From an uncultured Planctomycetales bacterium (GTDB taxonomy: Bacteria; Omnitrophota; Gorgyraeia; Zapsychrales; JANLHA01), in assembly GCA_964474085.1 (NCBI GenBank), contig CAYYRJ010000012.1, positions 7,701 through 71,700 on the forward strand: a stretch of 64,000 nt of DNA, in the 5' to 3' direction. Position 1 is the first letter of the stretch, and each line of letters starts with the position of its first letter. Shown here in pieces: positions 20,049 through 29,127 of this stretch. The position numbers and the translations under genes were made by a program. The notes beneath the pieces were generated by a model. The model saw only the letters and a program-made list of their open reading frames with translations. It was not told where the DNA came from and made no database searches.

Positions 20049-21350
20049 TCAAATTTTTGTGTTGTTCGGGCGCGAATAAACAGCCTGCACAACACTGATG
20101 TTGCGGGTCTTAAAAGCCGACTGACAATACGACCAATAATAATTCCACTTGCGGACAAACGCTTCATCAAATCCCAAGGCGGCAATCTGGGGTCTTTGGG
20201 CATTAAAATTTTCCCGCCACATCGCCAAGGTGCGCACATAATGCGGCGTGATATCCTCATAATCAAACAAACACAAAGAGCCGGTGCGATTAAGCGCCTG
20301 CGTAATCCGGCTTAACGACGGCAAGAGACTTCCCGGAAAAATGTGTTTCTGTATCCAGTCAACATTCTTGCGAAAACTTTCGTAACGATGATCCGGCGAA
20401 AGAATCATCTGCAAGCCCAAAAGCCCGTCTTTGGCCAGCAGATTATGGCATTGCCCAAAAAACGTTTCTAAAAATTTATCGCCAACAGCTTCAATCATTT
20501 CTATCGAAACAATTTTATCGAACTTTCCTTCCATCAAGCGATAGTCCAAAAATTTAACCTCGCATTGTTTGTTAAGTCCTTCTTCAAAAAAACGCCGCGT
20601 CGCATAATCAAACTGCTCGCGCGAAACGGTCAATGTCGTCAGCTGACAGCCATAATTTTTGGCCGCATGAATCGCAAAGCCGCCCCAGCCGCCGCCTATT
20701 TCCAACACTTTATCCGAACTCTTTAAACGCAGCTTTTGACAAAGCTCGTCGTATTTTTGCGTTTGTGCTTCGCTTAAGCCTTGGTCGGGAGATTTGAAAT
20801 ATGCACTCGAATAAGTCATCGTGGGGTCAAGAAACAGCTTGAAAAACTCATTGCCCAAATCATAGTGAGCCGCAATATTTTTACGACTGCCATAAATGGT
20901 ATTGGCGCGCACAAAATGTTTAACGACATTTAAAATCCCAAGCCAGTTGACGAGTGTAAACTTTTTTTGGTCGGCCATCAAGGTCGGGTGATTTTCGACA
21001 TTGCGAATCATCCATTCAATAACGCGAGTGATGTCCGTCGTGTCCCAATCCCCGTCGACATAGGATTCACCAAAACCGACATCACCGGACCAGAAACACT
21101 TTTTAAACAAAGCCGGTCGACGCACGCGGATATCCGCCGTTACTCCCTGTTGTCCGTCGCCATAAATATATTCTCGCCCATCCGGCAAAGTGACAGTCAG
21201 TCGACCCTCGCGCATCGGTTTAAAAATTGCATCGAAAATAAATTCATAAAAATTTCTTCGCGACGGTAATTTTACAGGATTTAACACATCAATTTTTGGC
21301 CCAGGCACGTAAGACCTCCTTTTGCAAATGCGGATTTTCTTCTTTAGCAT
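20049..21350 (-). CDS. Cyclopropane-fatty-acyl-phospholipid synthase family SAM-dependent methyltransferase (UfaM-like)
   Basis: VLEIGGGWGGFA SAM motif and the CFA-synthase C-terminal region; the start may instead be at the internal MREGRLTV. Confidence 0.85.
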   Translation of the reverse strand: MLKKKIRICKRRSYVPGPKIDVLNPVKLPSRRNFYEFIFDAIFKPMREGRLTVTLPDGREYIYGDGQQGVTADIRVRRPALFKKCFWSGDVGFGESYVDGDWDTTDITRVIEWMIRNVENHPTLMADQKKFTLVNWLGILNVVKHFVRANTIYGSRKNIAAHYDLGNEFFKLFLDPTMTYSSAYFKSPDQGLSEAQTQKYDELCQKLRLKSSDKVLEIGGGWGGFAIHAAKNYGCQLTTLTVSREQFDYATRRFFEEGLNKQCEVKFLDYRLMEGKFDKIVSIEMIEAVGDKFLETFFGQCHNLLAKDGLLGLQMILSPDHRYESFRKNVDWIQKHIFPGSLLPSLSRITQALNRTGSLCLFDYEDITPHYVRTLAMWRENFNAQRPQIAALGFDEAFVRKWNYYWSYCQSAFKTRNISVVQAVYSRPNNTKI

Positions 21351-22068
21351 GAAACGGAATTTTTCTCAAATAAAGCACAAACGCATGAAAATGTATCAAA
21401 AAAATGACCTTCAATGTGACCAAAGGAAAGCATAAAGAAAGCCAGAAAAGATTTTTTTTGTTAAGTTCCTGACGCTCTCCAACTAAGCTGGCATAAAAAA
21501 TTTTCTCTTTGCCATCCATTTCATCGACGTGAATATCCAAACGATCAGCCGGGACTTTAAAATTAAATTCCATCGTCATCTCAAGCGATGAAAACGGGGA
21601 AATATAAAAAAACTTGTCCTGCTGTTCTTTAAAAGTACCAGCAGCAAACGATTCTTTTTTTAAAATATACGGCTTGATTTCGCCGAAAGTATTTCCGATT
21701 TCCGGCACCGAACATAGCGGCTGATCATTTTTATCAAAACAAAAATAAACCGAAAGCGGGTTAAAAACATACCCTAAAGTCCGCAGGTTGGTCAAAATCA
21801 TGATGCGCCCGACTTGATCAACAACGCCTTTCGAGCGCAAAAACTCAACCACATTTTCGCGGACACTCGTCTTTGAAAGCGGCATATGATCTCGATCATA
21901 AAAGCTGTAAGGTCGAAAACGATTATGCCCGAGGATAAAATGCTTTTTGCAAAGCCCGTCGATTTCGTCCAAGTCCAGGTAAAACATAAAAATCTTGTTC
22001 GAAAACCGATTTTTTTTAGGTTTGGTGCGCAGATGGATGACCGTGCAGTTATACAGACAAGAGTTCAT
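21289..22068 (-). CDS. DUF1365 family protein (UfaO-like)
   Basis: 259 aa with a DUF1365-type N-terminus (YNCTVIHLRTKP...MFYLDLDE); 4-nt overlap with the upstream oxidoreductase gene. Confidence 0.75.
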   Translation of the reverse strand: MNSCLYNCTVIHLRTKPKKNRFSNKIFMFYLDLDEIDGLCKKHFILGHNRFRPYSFYDRDHMPLSKTSVRENVVEFLRSKGVVDQVGRIMILTNLRTLGYVFNPLSVYFCFDKNDQPLCSVPEIGNTFGEIKPYILKKESFAAGTFKEQQDKFFYISPFSSLEMTMEFNFKVPADRLDIHVDEMDGKEKIFYASLVGERQELNKKNLFWLSLCFPLVTLKVIFLIHFHAFVLYLRKIPFHAKEENPHLQKEVLRAWAKN

Positions 22069-23333
22069 GCCCAGATATTTTCCCCGCTGATTGCACGCGC
22101 CACATCAAGCCCGGAGCTGAAAGCATCTTCGTGAAAACCATAACGAAAATAACTACCGCAAAAATAAACCGGACCCTGCGCATTAAGTTTTGGCAAATCC
22201 GCTTGGGCACGAATCGCATTGAGACTAAACAAAGGATGCTCATAATCCGTCTGCCAAAGGATTTTGGAAGGGTCCACGTGACCCGGATCATTAAGCGAGA
22301 CAAAATAATCTTTGGCCTTTGAAACTTTTTGCAAACTGTTCATATAATAAATCGTCGTCGGAACTATTCGCCCGTCTTTATCCTTGCACATCCGGTAATT
22401 CCAAGACGACCACACCCGATGATTACGCGGCATGACCGACGCATCCGTATGCAAAATGACATGATTGTGGTTATACACAAATTCTTTAAGCAGCCATTGT
22501 TCCGAGGGAGTTGCCCCATCCCCTAACAATGTTAAAGCTTGATCGGCATGGCAAGCCATAATCACAAAATCATAGCTTTTTCGATCGCCGCGCAAATCAA
22601 AAACGCTTACCTTTCCAAGCTCACGGACAACTTGCGTCGCCATGTTTCCCAACAAAACCTTTCCGCCAAAAAAGGACATCACCCGGTCACGATAAACACG
22701 ACTGCCTCCTAAAGGTGTGCGCCACTGATAATGTCCCCGGAGCCCCAAAAATCCGTGATTTTTAAAAAACCTTACCAATGTCACAATCGGGAATTTGAGC
22801 ATTTTATCCGGCGGAGTTGACCAAACGGCCGAGCTCATCGGGACAAGAAATTTATTTAAAAAATCGTCACCCAGTTTTTTTTCGCGGACATAATCCTCAA
22901 CCGTGTGAAAAGCATATTTTTCGCCATCCAAAACTTCCAAAGCCTCATGGTTAAAACGGTTCATTGCAAAAAGCAGCGCCCAAAAATTTGGGTTCAAAAT
23001 ATTGATCCGCTGCCCAAACAGCCCGTCAATTCCTGTCCCGCAATATTCCAACCCGGACGGACAATGCTGTACACTAAAAGACATCGATGTTGGCATCGTC
23101 GGAATTTCAAGCTCTTTAAAAAAACGCGTCAAATTCGGATACGTGATTTCATTGTAAACCATAAACCCCGTATCCACGTAAATAGGCTGGGAACCCTCTT
23201 TGACCGTCACAGTATTCGTATGCCCGCCGGCATAACTCTCTTTTTCATAAAAAGTAATATCGTATTTGTCTTTCAAAAAATACGCTGCGGACATCGCCGC
23301 AATACCTGTCCCGATGATGGCAACTGTTTTCAT
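22065..23333 (-). CDS. FAD-dependent oxidoreductase, amine-oxidase/phytoene-desaturase-like (UfaD-like fatty acid desaturase candidate)
   Basis: N-terminal dinucleotide motif VAIIGTGIAAMSAAYFL...E; 422 aa. Confidence 0.8.
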   Translation of the reverse strand: MKTVAIIGTGIAAMSAAYFLKDKYDITFYEKESYAGGHTNTVTVKEGSQPIYVDTGFMVYNEITYPNLTRFFKELEIPTMPTSMSFSVQHCPSGLEYCGTGIDGLFGQRINILNPNFWALLFAMNRFNHEALEVLDGEKYAFHTVEDYVREKKLGDDFLNKFLVPMSSAVWSTPPDKMLKFPIVTLVRFFKNHGFLGLRGHYQWRTPLGGSRVYRDRVMSFFGGKVLLGNMATQVVRELGKVSVFDLRGDRKSYDFVIMACHADQALTLLGDGATPSEQWLLKEFVYNHNHVILHTDASVMPRNHRVWSSWNYRMCKDKDGRIVPTTIYYMNSLQKVSKAKDYFVSLNDPGHVDPSKILWQTDYEHPLFSLNAIRAQADLPKLNAQGPVYFCGSYFRYGFHEDAFSSGLDVARAISGENIWA

Positions 23334-23335
23334 TG

Positions 23336-24379
23336 TTAACCTCTTTTTTTAAAAAGATAATGGCTGACAATCCACTCTTTTCCGCTGCGATATCCCCAAA
23401 GCTCGGCGCACGCCATAAAAAACACCCGCCAATAGACCCACCATTTTTTGTGATCTTCAGTATAAACCTCTTTTAAAATCGGAATAATCTTCTCGCGGTT
23501 TTTGTCCATATTGGCAAGCCAACATTCGGACGTTTTTTGATAATGCGTTCCCAAAACCCGCCAATGGTTTTCAATTTTAAAATGATCCTGAAAATACAAC
23601 AGCAAATGATCCGACGGCATAATCCCGCCGGTAAAAAAATATTTAGCGATCCAATCTTTCGAATCTGCCTGGTCATAAAGATACGCGTGTTCTCGATGCG
23701 TAAAAATATGGACAAACAATTTTCCGTCGACTTTCAGAAAAGAAGCGGCCTTGGCCAAGAGTTTTTCGTAGTTGCGCATATGTTCAAACATCTCAACCGA
23801 AACAATGCGATCAAAACGCCGGGGCGTGTCAAAAACATTCATGTCACAGGTGATAATCTCAAGATTTTTAATATTGCGCGCCTTGGCTTGACTGTCGATA
23901 TATTGCTTTTGTGTGCGCGAATTAGAAACGCCGACAAATCGGCTCTCGGGAAACTTGGCGGCCATAAACAAAGATAACGAGCCCCAACCGCAGCCAAATT
24001 CTAAAACATCTTGGCCCGACGCAAGATCAGCCCGCTCAGCGCTTATGGTGAGCATATCTTTTTCAGCCTCAGCCAAATCGACAACCCCATCACGAAAATA
24101 ACATGAACTGTATTTCATATGGGGCCCTAAGACCAGCGAAAAAAATTCCGTCGGGACTTCATAATGCTGTTCATTAGCCTCTGGGGTATTGATCGCAATC
24201 GGGCTGGCTTTAAGTTGATTAATCAGTTTGATAAACCGCGCTTGCCCAAACTCAAGGCCATCCAAATTTTCAGCGACCAACTTTTGCCGTAAAAGTTCGC
24301 GAATCCCAAAACGAATCACAAAGTCCGGCAGTAAATTCTTTTCTAATAATCCTTGCGAAAATGTGACGAGATTAGACAT
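23336..24379 (-). CDS. Second CFA-synthase-like SAM-dependent methyltransferase
   Basis: VLEFGCGWGSLS SAM motif; the start at MSNLVTFSQGLLE fits family N-termini and abuts the DUF1295 stop. Confidence 0.8.
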   Translation of the reverse strand: MSNLVTFSQGLLEKNLLPDFVIRFGIRELLRQKLVAENLDGLEFGQARFIKLINQLKASPIAINTPEANEQHYEVPTEFFSLVLGPHMKYSSCYFRDGVVDLAEAEKDMLTISAERADLASGQDVLEFGCGWGSLSLFMAAKFPESRFVGVSNSRTQKQYIDSQAKARNIKNLEIITCDMNVFDTPRRFDRIVSVEMFEHMRNYEKLLAKAASFLKVDGKLFVHIFTHREHAYLYDQADSKDWIAKYFFTGGIMPSDHLLLYFQDHFKIENHWRVLGTHYQKTSECWLANMDKNREKIIPILKEVYTEDHKKWWVYWRVFFMACAELWGYRSGKEWIVSHYLFKKRG

Positions 24380-25193
24380 TGCGGACCTTTCTTTTGGGTA
24401 ATGGAATAAACAGACTTGTCGATTGTTGGTACCGACGATAATCCTCACCTTTTGAAATCAACGCCTGGGCTTCGGCAAACGGAACACCCGTAACATTCAT
24501 CAAAAGATGGTACATAATGACTGGGCCCAGGAAAGAAATCCAACCCCACGGACTTGCAAGCGCAAAAATAAAATAGCCGACCCACATCAACCATTCAAAA
24601 AAATAATTAGGATGCCGCGAGTAATACCACAAACCCTGATCACAGGTTTTTCCTTTATGTTGCGGATTCGCCTTAAATTGTTTTAATTGTTCGTCAGCGA
24701 TAATCTCGCCTGCCAAGCCGACAATCCAAATCAACACCCCAACGATTTCAATTGGCCAAAGAACCGGTCGCGGATTAATCGCAATCAAAAGAAAAGGAAT
24801 CGCCAAAACAATATCCAAAAGCGCTTCAAATTCAAAAAGCGCCAAAAACTTCAAATTTATATTCCCCCCCCAATCACGGCGAAGCTTCTGGTAACGCTTA
24901 TCTTCACTTTTTTCACGCAAAATCCTGATCGTCAACAAATGACTCAAGCGCAAACCCCAAATCGTGACCATGCCCAAAATCATCGACGAACGTAAAGAAT
25001 ACCCACCGCCTTTTTGAACATACCACCACGTCAAAAGCACCAGCCCCAAAGCCCAACCGATATCAACGACCGCCGCATTTTTTATCAAAACACTTAGTAT
25101 CCAAAAAAGAAATAATAGCGCGGCAACCAGAAGAAAACCTTCTACAACAAGAGGAGTTGGAAATACAAAAGAAGACATAGAGCCATTAAACAC
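24372..25193 (-). CDS. DUF1295 family membrane protein (steroid-5-alpha-reductase/ICMT-like fold)
   Basis: Polytopic 273-aa protein with a conserved C-terminal NYFFEWLMW-type motif. Confidence 0.75.
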   Translation of the reverse strand: MFNGSMSSFVFPTPLVVEGFLLVAALLFLFWILSVLIKNAAVVDIGWALGLVLLTWWYVQKGGGYSLRSSMILGMVTIWGLRLSHLLTIRILREKSEDKRYQKLRRDWGGNINLKFLALFEFEALLDIVLAIPFLLIAINPRPVLWPIEIVGVLIWIVGLAGEIIADEQLKQFKANPQHKGKTCDQGLWYYSRHPNYFFEWLMWVGYFIFALASPWGWISFLGPVIMYHLLMNVTGVPFAEAQALISKGEDYRRYQQSTSLFIPLPKRKVRNV

Positions 25194-25253
25194 GTTGCAG
25201 TCCAGGTGGAATACAGTTACAAAGAAAAAATAACACTTACCGTTAGCTGAAGC

Positions 25254-26102
25254 TTAACTACTTCTAAAATAAGAGGTTAAATTGACATCCCGATTGACAA
25301 GCCCTAATTTGCGGCGGATTTTGTTGCGAATCGTTTCGACAGTTTTAATAGAAATACCCAAATTGGCGCCAATATCTTTGCTGGTTAACCCTGATTTGAC
25401 CAAATTTGCAATCTGCGCTTCGCGAGGCGATAGCCGATGACTTGGCCGCATGACCTGCGAGCCGAAAGCCGAAGTGAGATCTTTCAAGTGCTCTTCAATG
25501 ATACCCAGATATTTTTTTTCATTATTGGTACGCGAGCGCCCTAACCGGCTTAGTGCCGGCAAAACAACATCTTCGACATTATTGCTGACATTTTCTTTGA
25601 TTTTTTTCTTTTCAATTTCAACGAGTTCTAAAATTTCATGCAAAGCGGCATTCTTTTGTTCCAAAATTCTTTTTTGCTCGATAAGTTCGTTTTCGAGCTT
25701 CTTGCGCTGTGTAACATCGCGCTGCACTGAGAGAAAATGCGTTGTTTTTCCGTCGGCATCTTTGATAGGTTCAATATGCCACTCATTGAAAAATTCAGTC
25801 CCATCCTTGCGGTAATTGACCGTGACCGTGCTAAAAATTTCGCCTTTTTCAAGCTTGCGCCGCAAATCGACTAAAACATTTCGGTCGGTCTTATGGCCTT
25901 GCAATATTTTAGGTGTTTCCCCAATCACTTCTTGCGAAGTATAACCGGTCATCCGCACAAAAGCAGGATTAACATAAACAATTTGCGGACCAACCCCAGT
26001 GACATCCGCAGTCGTAATCACAATTGCATCTTGGGCAAAATGAACCGCTGCCGCCAAAAGCGCCGGGTCCACATCATTTTCATTTTTATTATTTGCTGCC
26101 AT
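25254..26102 (-). CDS. PAS-domain LuxR-family transcriptional regulator
   Basis: N-terminal PAS region and a C-terminal LuxR helix-turn-helix (LSPREAQIANLVKSGLTSKDIGANLGISIKTVETIRNKI); AAGGGGGAT RBS before the ATG at 26102. Confidence 0.75.
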   Translation of the reverse strand: MAANNKNENDVDPALLAAAVHFAQDAIVITTADVTGVGPQIVYVNPAFVRMTGYTSQEVIGETPKILQGHKTDRNVLVDLRRKLEKGEIFSTVTVNYRKDGTEFFNEWHIEPIKDADGKTTHFLSVQRDVTQRKKLENELIEQKRILEQKNAALHEILELVEIEKKKIKENVSNNVEDVVLPALSRLGRSRTNNEKKYLGIIEEHLKDLTSAFGSQVMRPSHRLSPREAQIANLVKSGLTSKDIGANLGISIKTVETIRNKIRRKLGLVNRDVNLTSYFRSS

Positions 26103-26236
26103 AAATCCCCCTTGATGAAACATAAAATAGCACAATCTGATTAAATGCGCTTTTATTTTATAACAAATTTTTAAAAAACGTTAATTCTTTATTTGCGATT
26201 GACTTTTGATGTATCGACTGTTATAAAAAACTGCTT

Positions 26237-28414
26237 ATGTCACTGCCGAAACTCTTCTCGAACGATAAAGACAATCAACAACCCCTCTGGGCAGCTTCTC
26301 TCTTGGCTTTCTTGGCCATTATTACTTACACCGTTCTTTTTTTCTCCCTGGTTCCACCAAATATCATGTTGGAACACGAAAAAGACCAATATTTTATTTC
26401 GCTTATTTTCTTACTGGTCATGCTGCTGATTGTCCTGATGACAAAAAGGGCACAACACGAAAACGAACAAGATTTTTATACAACGCAAGAAATATACTTT
26501 GACTTACTTCAACAAGCAGCAGATCCTGTCGTCATCTTAACCGAATTTGGAATGATTCTTTCTGCCAACCAAGCCGTCCAAACGATATCCGGCTATAGTC
26601 CAGACGAACTTACCGGAAAACATTTCTTAAAAATCAATGTGCTTACCGGCAGCGCCATCGCGATTGCCGCCCGCGAATTTTTAAACATCGTCGCCGGAGA
26701 CAAACGCCCCCCCTTTGAACTGACCATGCTCCATAAAAACGGCACACCGTTTATCGTCGAAGCCCATGCTCGCCGCGCAAAAAATGCCAACGGTAAAGTC
26801 ATTATCCATGTCGTCATGCGGGAAATCACCGGCAGAAAGAAGGACGAAGAAATCCTGCGCGAAGAAAGAAATAAAGCCCAAAATTATCTTAATATCGCCG
26901 GGGTTATGCTCTTGACCTTAGACCAAACGGGCAAAATCATCATGATCAACAAAAAAGGGTGCGAAATACTTGGCTACCCCCAAGAAGAAATCCTTGGCAA
27001 GAATTGGTTTAGCGATTTTATTCCGTTTGAAGATTCCGCAAAAATGCAAAATTTCTTTAATGCAACCATTGCAGGCAAAGAACCGCTGCCTCCCACCCAG
27101 GAAAACGTTGTGATCACCAAAAGCGGAGTCAAAAGAATGATTTCCTGGAAAAACACGTTACTTTACGATGGCCCTAAAATTTCAGGAACTTTAAGCTCCG
27201 GGGAAGACATTACTGATAAACAAGCGATTGAGGCCAAACTTCATCTTCAAAGTGCTGCCTTGGAAGCTGCTGCCAATGTGATTGTCATTACTGACAAACA
27301 AGGAAAAATTGTTTGGGCTAATCAGGCGTTTACTCAAATCAGCGGCTTTTCCCGAGAGGAAGCAATTGGACTAAACCCTAAAATGCTCAAATCCGGATTG
27401 CACAATGAACATTTTTATGCCGATTTATGGAACACGATTTTGACCGGAAATATTTGGCACGGTGAAATTGTCAATCGCCGTAAAGACGACCGGCTTTATA
27501 CCGAGGAAATGACAATCACTCCGGTTCGCAATCGTGCTGGACAAATCGATCATTTCATCGCGATCAAACGCGACATCACTGAACGCAAACGATTGCAACA
27601 AAATCTCGAGCAAGCCAATATCGAATTAGCATCCAACACGCGCAAACTCGAGCGCACTTTGCAGGAAATGGACAATAAAAATAAACAATTGCAAGAAGCT
27701 CAAGATCAATTGATCCAAAGCGAAAAATTAGCTGCAGTCGGCGTTTTATCGTCGGGAATTGCCCATGAAATCAAAAATCCACTGGCGATTATCAGCTTAA
27801 GTATCGAAGAATTTGAAGCGATTTCAGATAAACTCGACGACCAAAGCAAAACCTTTATCCAAATGATCAAACGCGCCGCCGAGCGTGCAAACAATGTTAT
27901 TATCGAACTTCTGCGCTTTGCCCGCGTTTCGGATCTGAAAGTCGAACCTGTCAATCTCTTTGATCTGGTCGAAGGAACTTTTGTTCTTATTCGCAACAGC
28001 TCCAAATTCAAAGGCATTGAGCTCAAACATGAATATGACGACAAGCAAGTCACCGTGGAAGGGGACCGCATTCTTTTGGAACAAGTCCTTTTTAATCTTC
28101 TGGTCAATGCGATTGACTCAACGCAAAGAGGCGGAAGTGTCACTATAAAAACGTATCGTTCAGAAAAATTTGAAAAAACCAGCAATAAATCACACGTAAT
28201 CATTGAAGTCATTGATACCGGCAACGGCATTGCGCCAGAGATTTTGCCGCGAATTTTTGAACCCTTTTTTACGACGAAAGAACAAGGCAAGGGAACAGGC
28301 TTAGGCTTAAGCACCGTTTACACTTTGCTCAAACGCCATAACGGCACAATCGATGTTGAAAGTACACTGGACGTGGGGACAAAATTTACAATTACCCTTC
28401 CCTGCGACGGTTAA
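26237..28414 (+). CDS. Multi-PAS sensor histidine kinase
   Basis: N-terminal TM segments, several PAS repeats, HisKA motif (AHEIKNPLAII) and an HATPase G-box (DTGNGI...GTGLGLS). Confidence 0.85.
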   Translation: MSLPKLFSNDKDNQQPLWAASLLAFLAIITYTVLFFSLVPPNIMLEHEKDQYFISLIFLLVMLLIVLMTKRAQHENEQDFYTTQEIYFDLLQQAADPVVILTEFGMILSANQAVQTISGYSPDELTGKHFLKINVLTGSAIAIAAREFLNIVAGDKRPPFELTMLHKNGTPFIVEAHARRAKNANGKVIIHVVMREITGRKKDEEILREERNKAQNYLNIAGVMLLTLDQTGKIIMINKKGCEILGYPQEEILGKNWFSDFIPFEDSAKMQNFFNATIAGKEPLPPTQENVVITKSGVKRMISWKNTLLYDGPKISGTLSSGEDITDKQAIEAKLHLQSAALEAAANVIVITDKQGKIVWANQAFTQISGFSREEAIGLNPKMLKSGLHNEHFYADLWNTILTGNIWHGEIVNRRKDDRLYTEEMTITPVRNRAGQIDHFIAIKRDITERKRLQQNLEQANIELASNTRKLERTLQEMDNKNKQLQEAQDQLIQSEKLAAVGVLSSGIAHEIKNPLAIISLSIEEFEAISDKLDDQSKTFIQMIKRAAERANNVIIELLRFARVSDLKVEPVNLFDLVEGTFVLIRNSSKFKGIELKHEYDDKQVTVEGDRILLEQVLFNLLVNAIDSTQRGGSVTIKTYRSEKFEKTSNKSHVIIEVIDTGNGIAPEILPRIFEPFFTTKEQGKGTGLGLSTVYTLLKRHNGTIDVESTLDVGTKFTITLPCDG

Positions 28415-28444
28415 AACCTTACCTAAAAAAGGCGGAGGATTAAA

Positions 28445-28945
28445 ATGGAAAGAAGAAAGATTGTCGTTGTCGATGATGAAAAAGACTTGGCATTACTTAT
28501 CAAATCTATTTTAGAGGGTACCGGGCTTTACGAAGTTTCGCTCGCCCACGACGGGATTGAAGGCATCAGCCTTGTCAAACAGACATTGCCGGAACTTATC
28601 TTTTTGGATTTTGTCATGCCGAAAGCCGGCGGCGACAAAGTGCTTGCGGCTCTCAAGGCTGATTCGACAACCGCTAAAATTCCGGTCGTTCTAATGAGCG
28701 GCTTAGGCGAGATGATTTACTCCAAAGCCAAAGACCAATGGAAATGGCTGCCCAATAATCCGGCGACAAAAAACCGTGGAGAGTTACCCGACGTCCTCGC
28801 CGACAAAACACAAGCCAGCCATGCGGCTGAAACATTGGGCGTTAAAGATTATTTGCAAAAACCATTTAAAAAAGAAACTTTGATTGAAATCGCCGCCGAA
28901 CTGCTCAAACCAAAAAAAATAGAAGAAAAACCTGAAGAGATTTAA
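28445..28945 (+). CDS. Single-domain response regulator (CheY-like receiver with an internal insertion of about 45 aa)
   Basis: VVDDEKD...D (FLDFVMPK)...K pattern; no output domain. Confidence 0.75.
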   Translation: MERRKIVVVDDEKDLALLIKSILEGTGLYEVSLAHDGIEGISLVKQTLPELIFLDFVMPKAGGDKVLAALKADSTTAKIPVVLMSGLGEMIYSKAKDQWKWLPNNPATKNRGELPDVLADKTQASHAAETLGVKDYLQKPFKKETLIEIAAELLKPKKIEEKPEEI

Positions 28946-29049
28946 GGTCAAGACACTATAAATTTTTCACGCTAATCGGCCGACAAAATCTTCCTCTGTT
29001 TTGCTGACTTGCCCAAAGCTGTTTCTTGAACTTCATGCAATTTTAATTC

Positions 29050-29078
29050 TTGCTTCAAAAAGCTTTTGTTGGTATGCT
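29050..29078 (+). promoter_or_regulatory. Sigma-70-like promoter candidate for pckG (TTGCTT-17 nt-TATGCT)
   Basis: The two hexamers and 17-nt spacing were read directly from the sequence, about 50 nt upstream of the pckG start. Confidence 0.35.
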
Positions 29079-29127
29079 CTACAAATTGCAAAAGCCTATT
29101 AATGCAAAAAAATATATGGAGGAACCA

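Noticed and set aside
19991-20266. N-terminal 92-aa extension of the hemA ORF call
   Set aside because: The extension overlaps the 3' end of the CFA-synthase gene and has no similarity to the HemA N-terminus. The conserved IGLNHK motif begins about 12 aa after the internal Met codons.
28445-28945. Receiver protein with a 45-aa insertion considered as a possible novel effector domain
   Set aside because: The insertion is low-complexity and Lys/Pro-rich with no conserved motif. It is more likely a linker or loop expansion within a CheY-like single-domain regulator.
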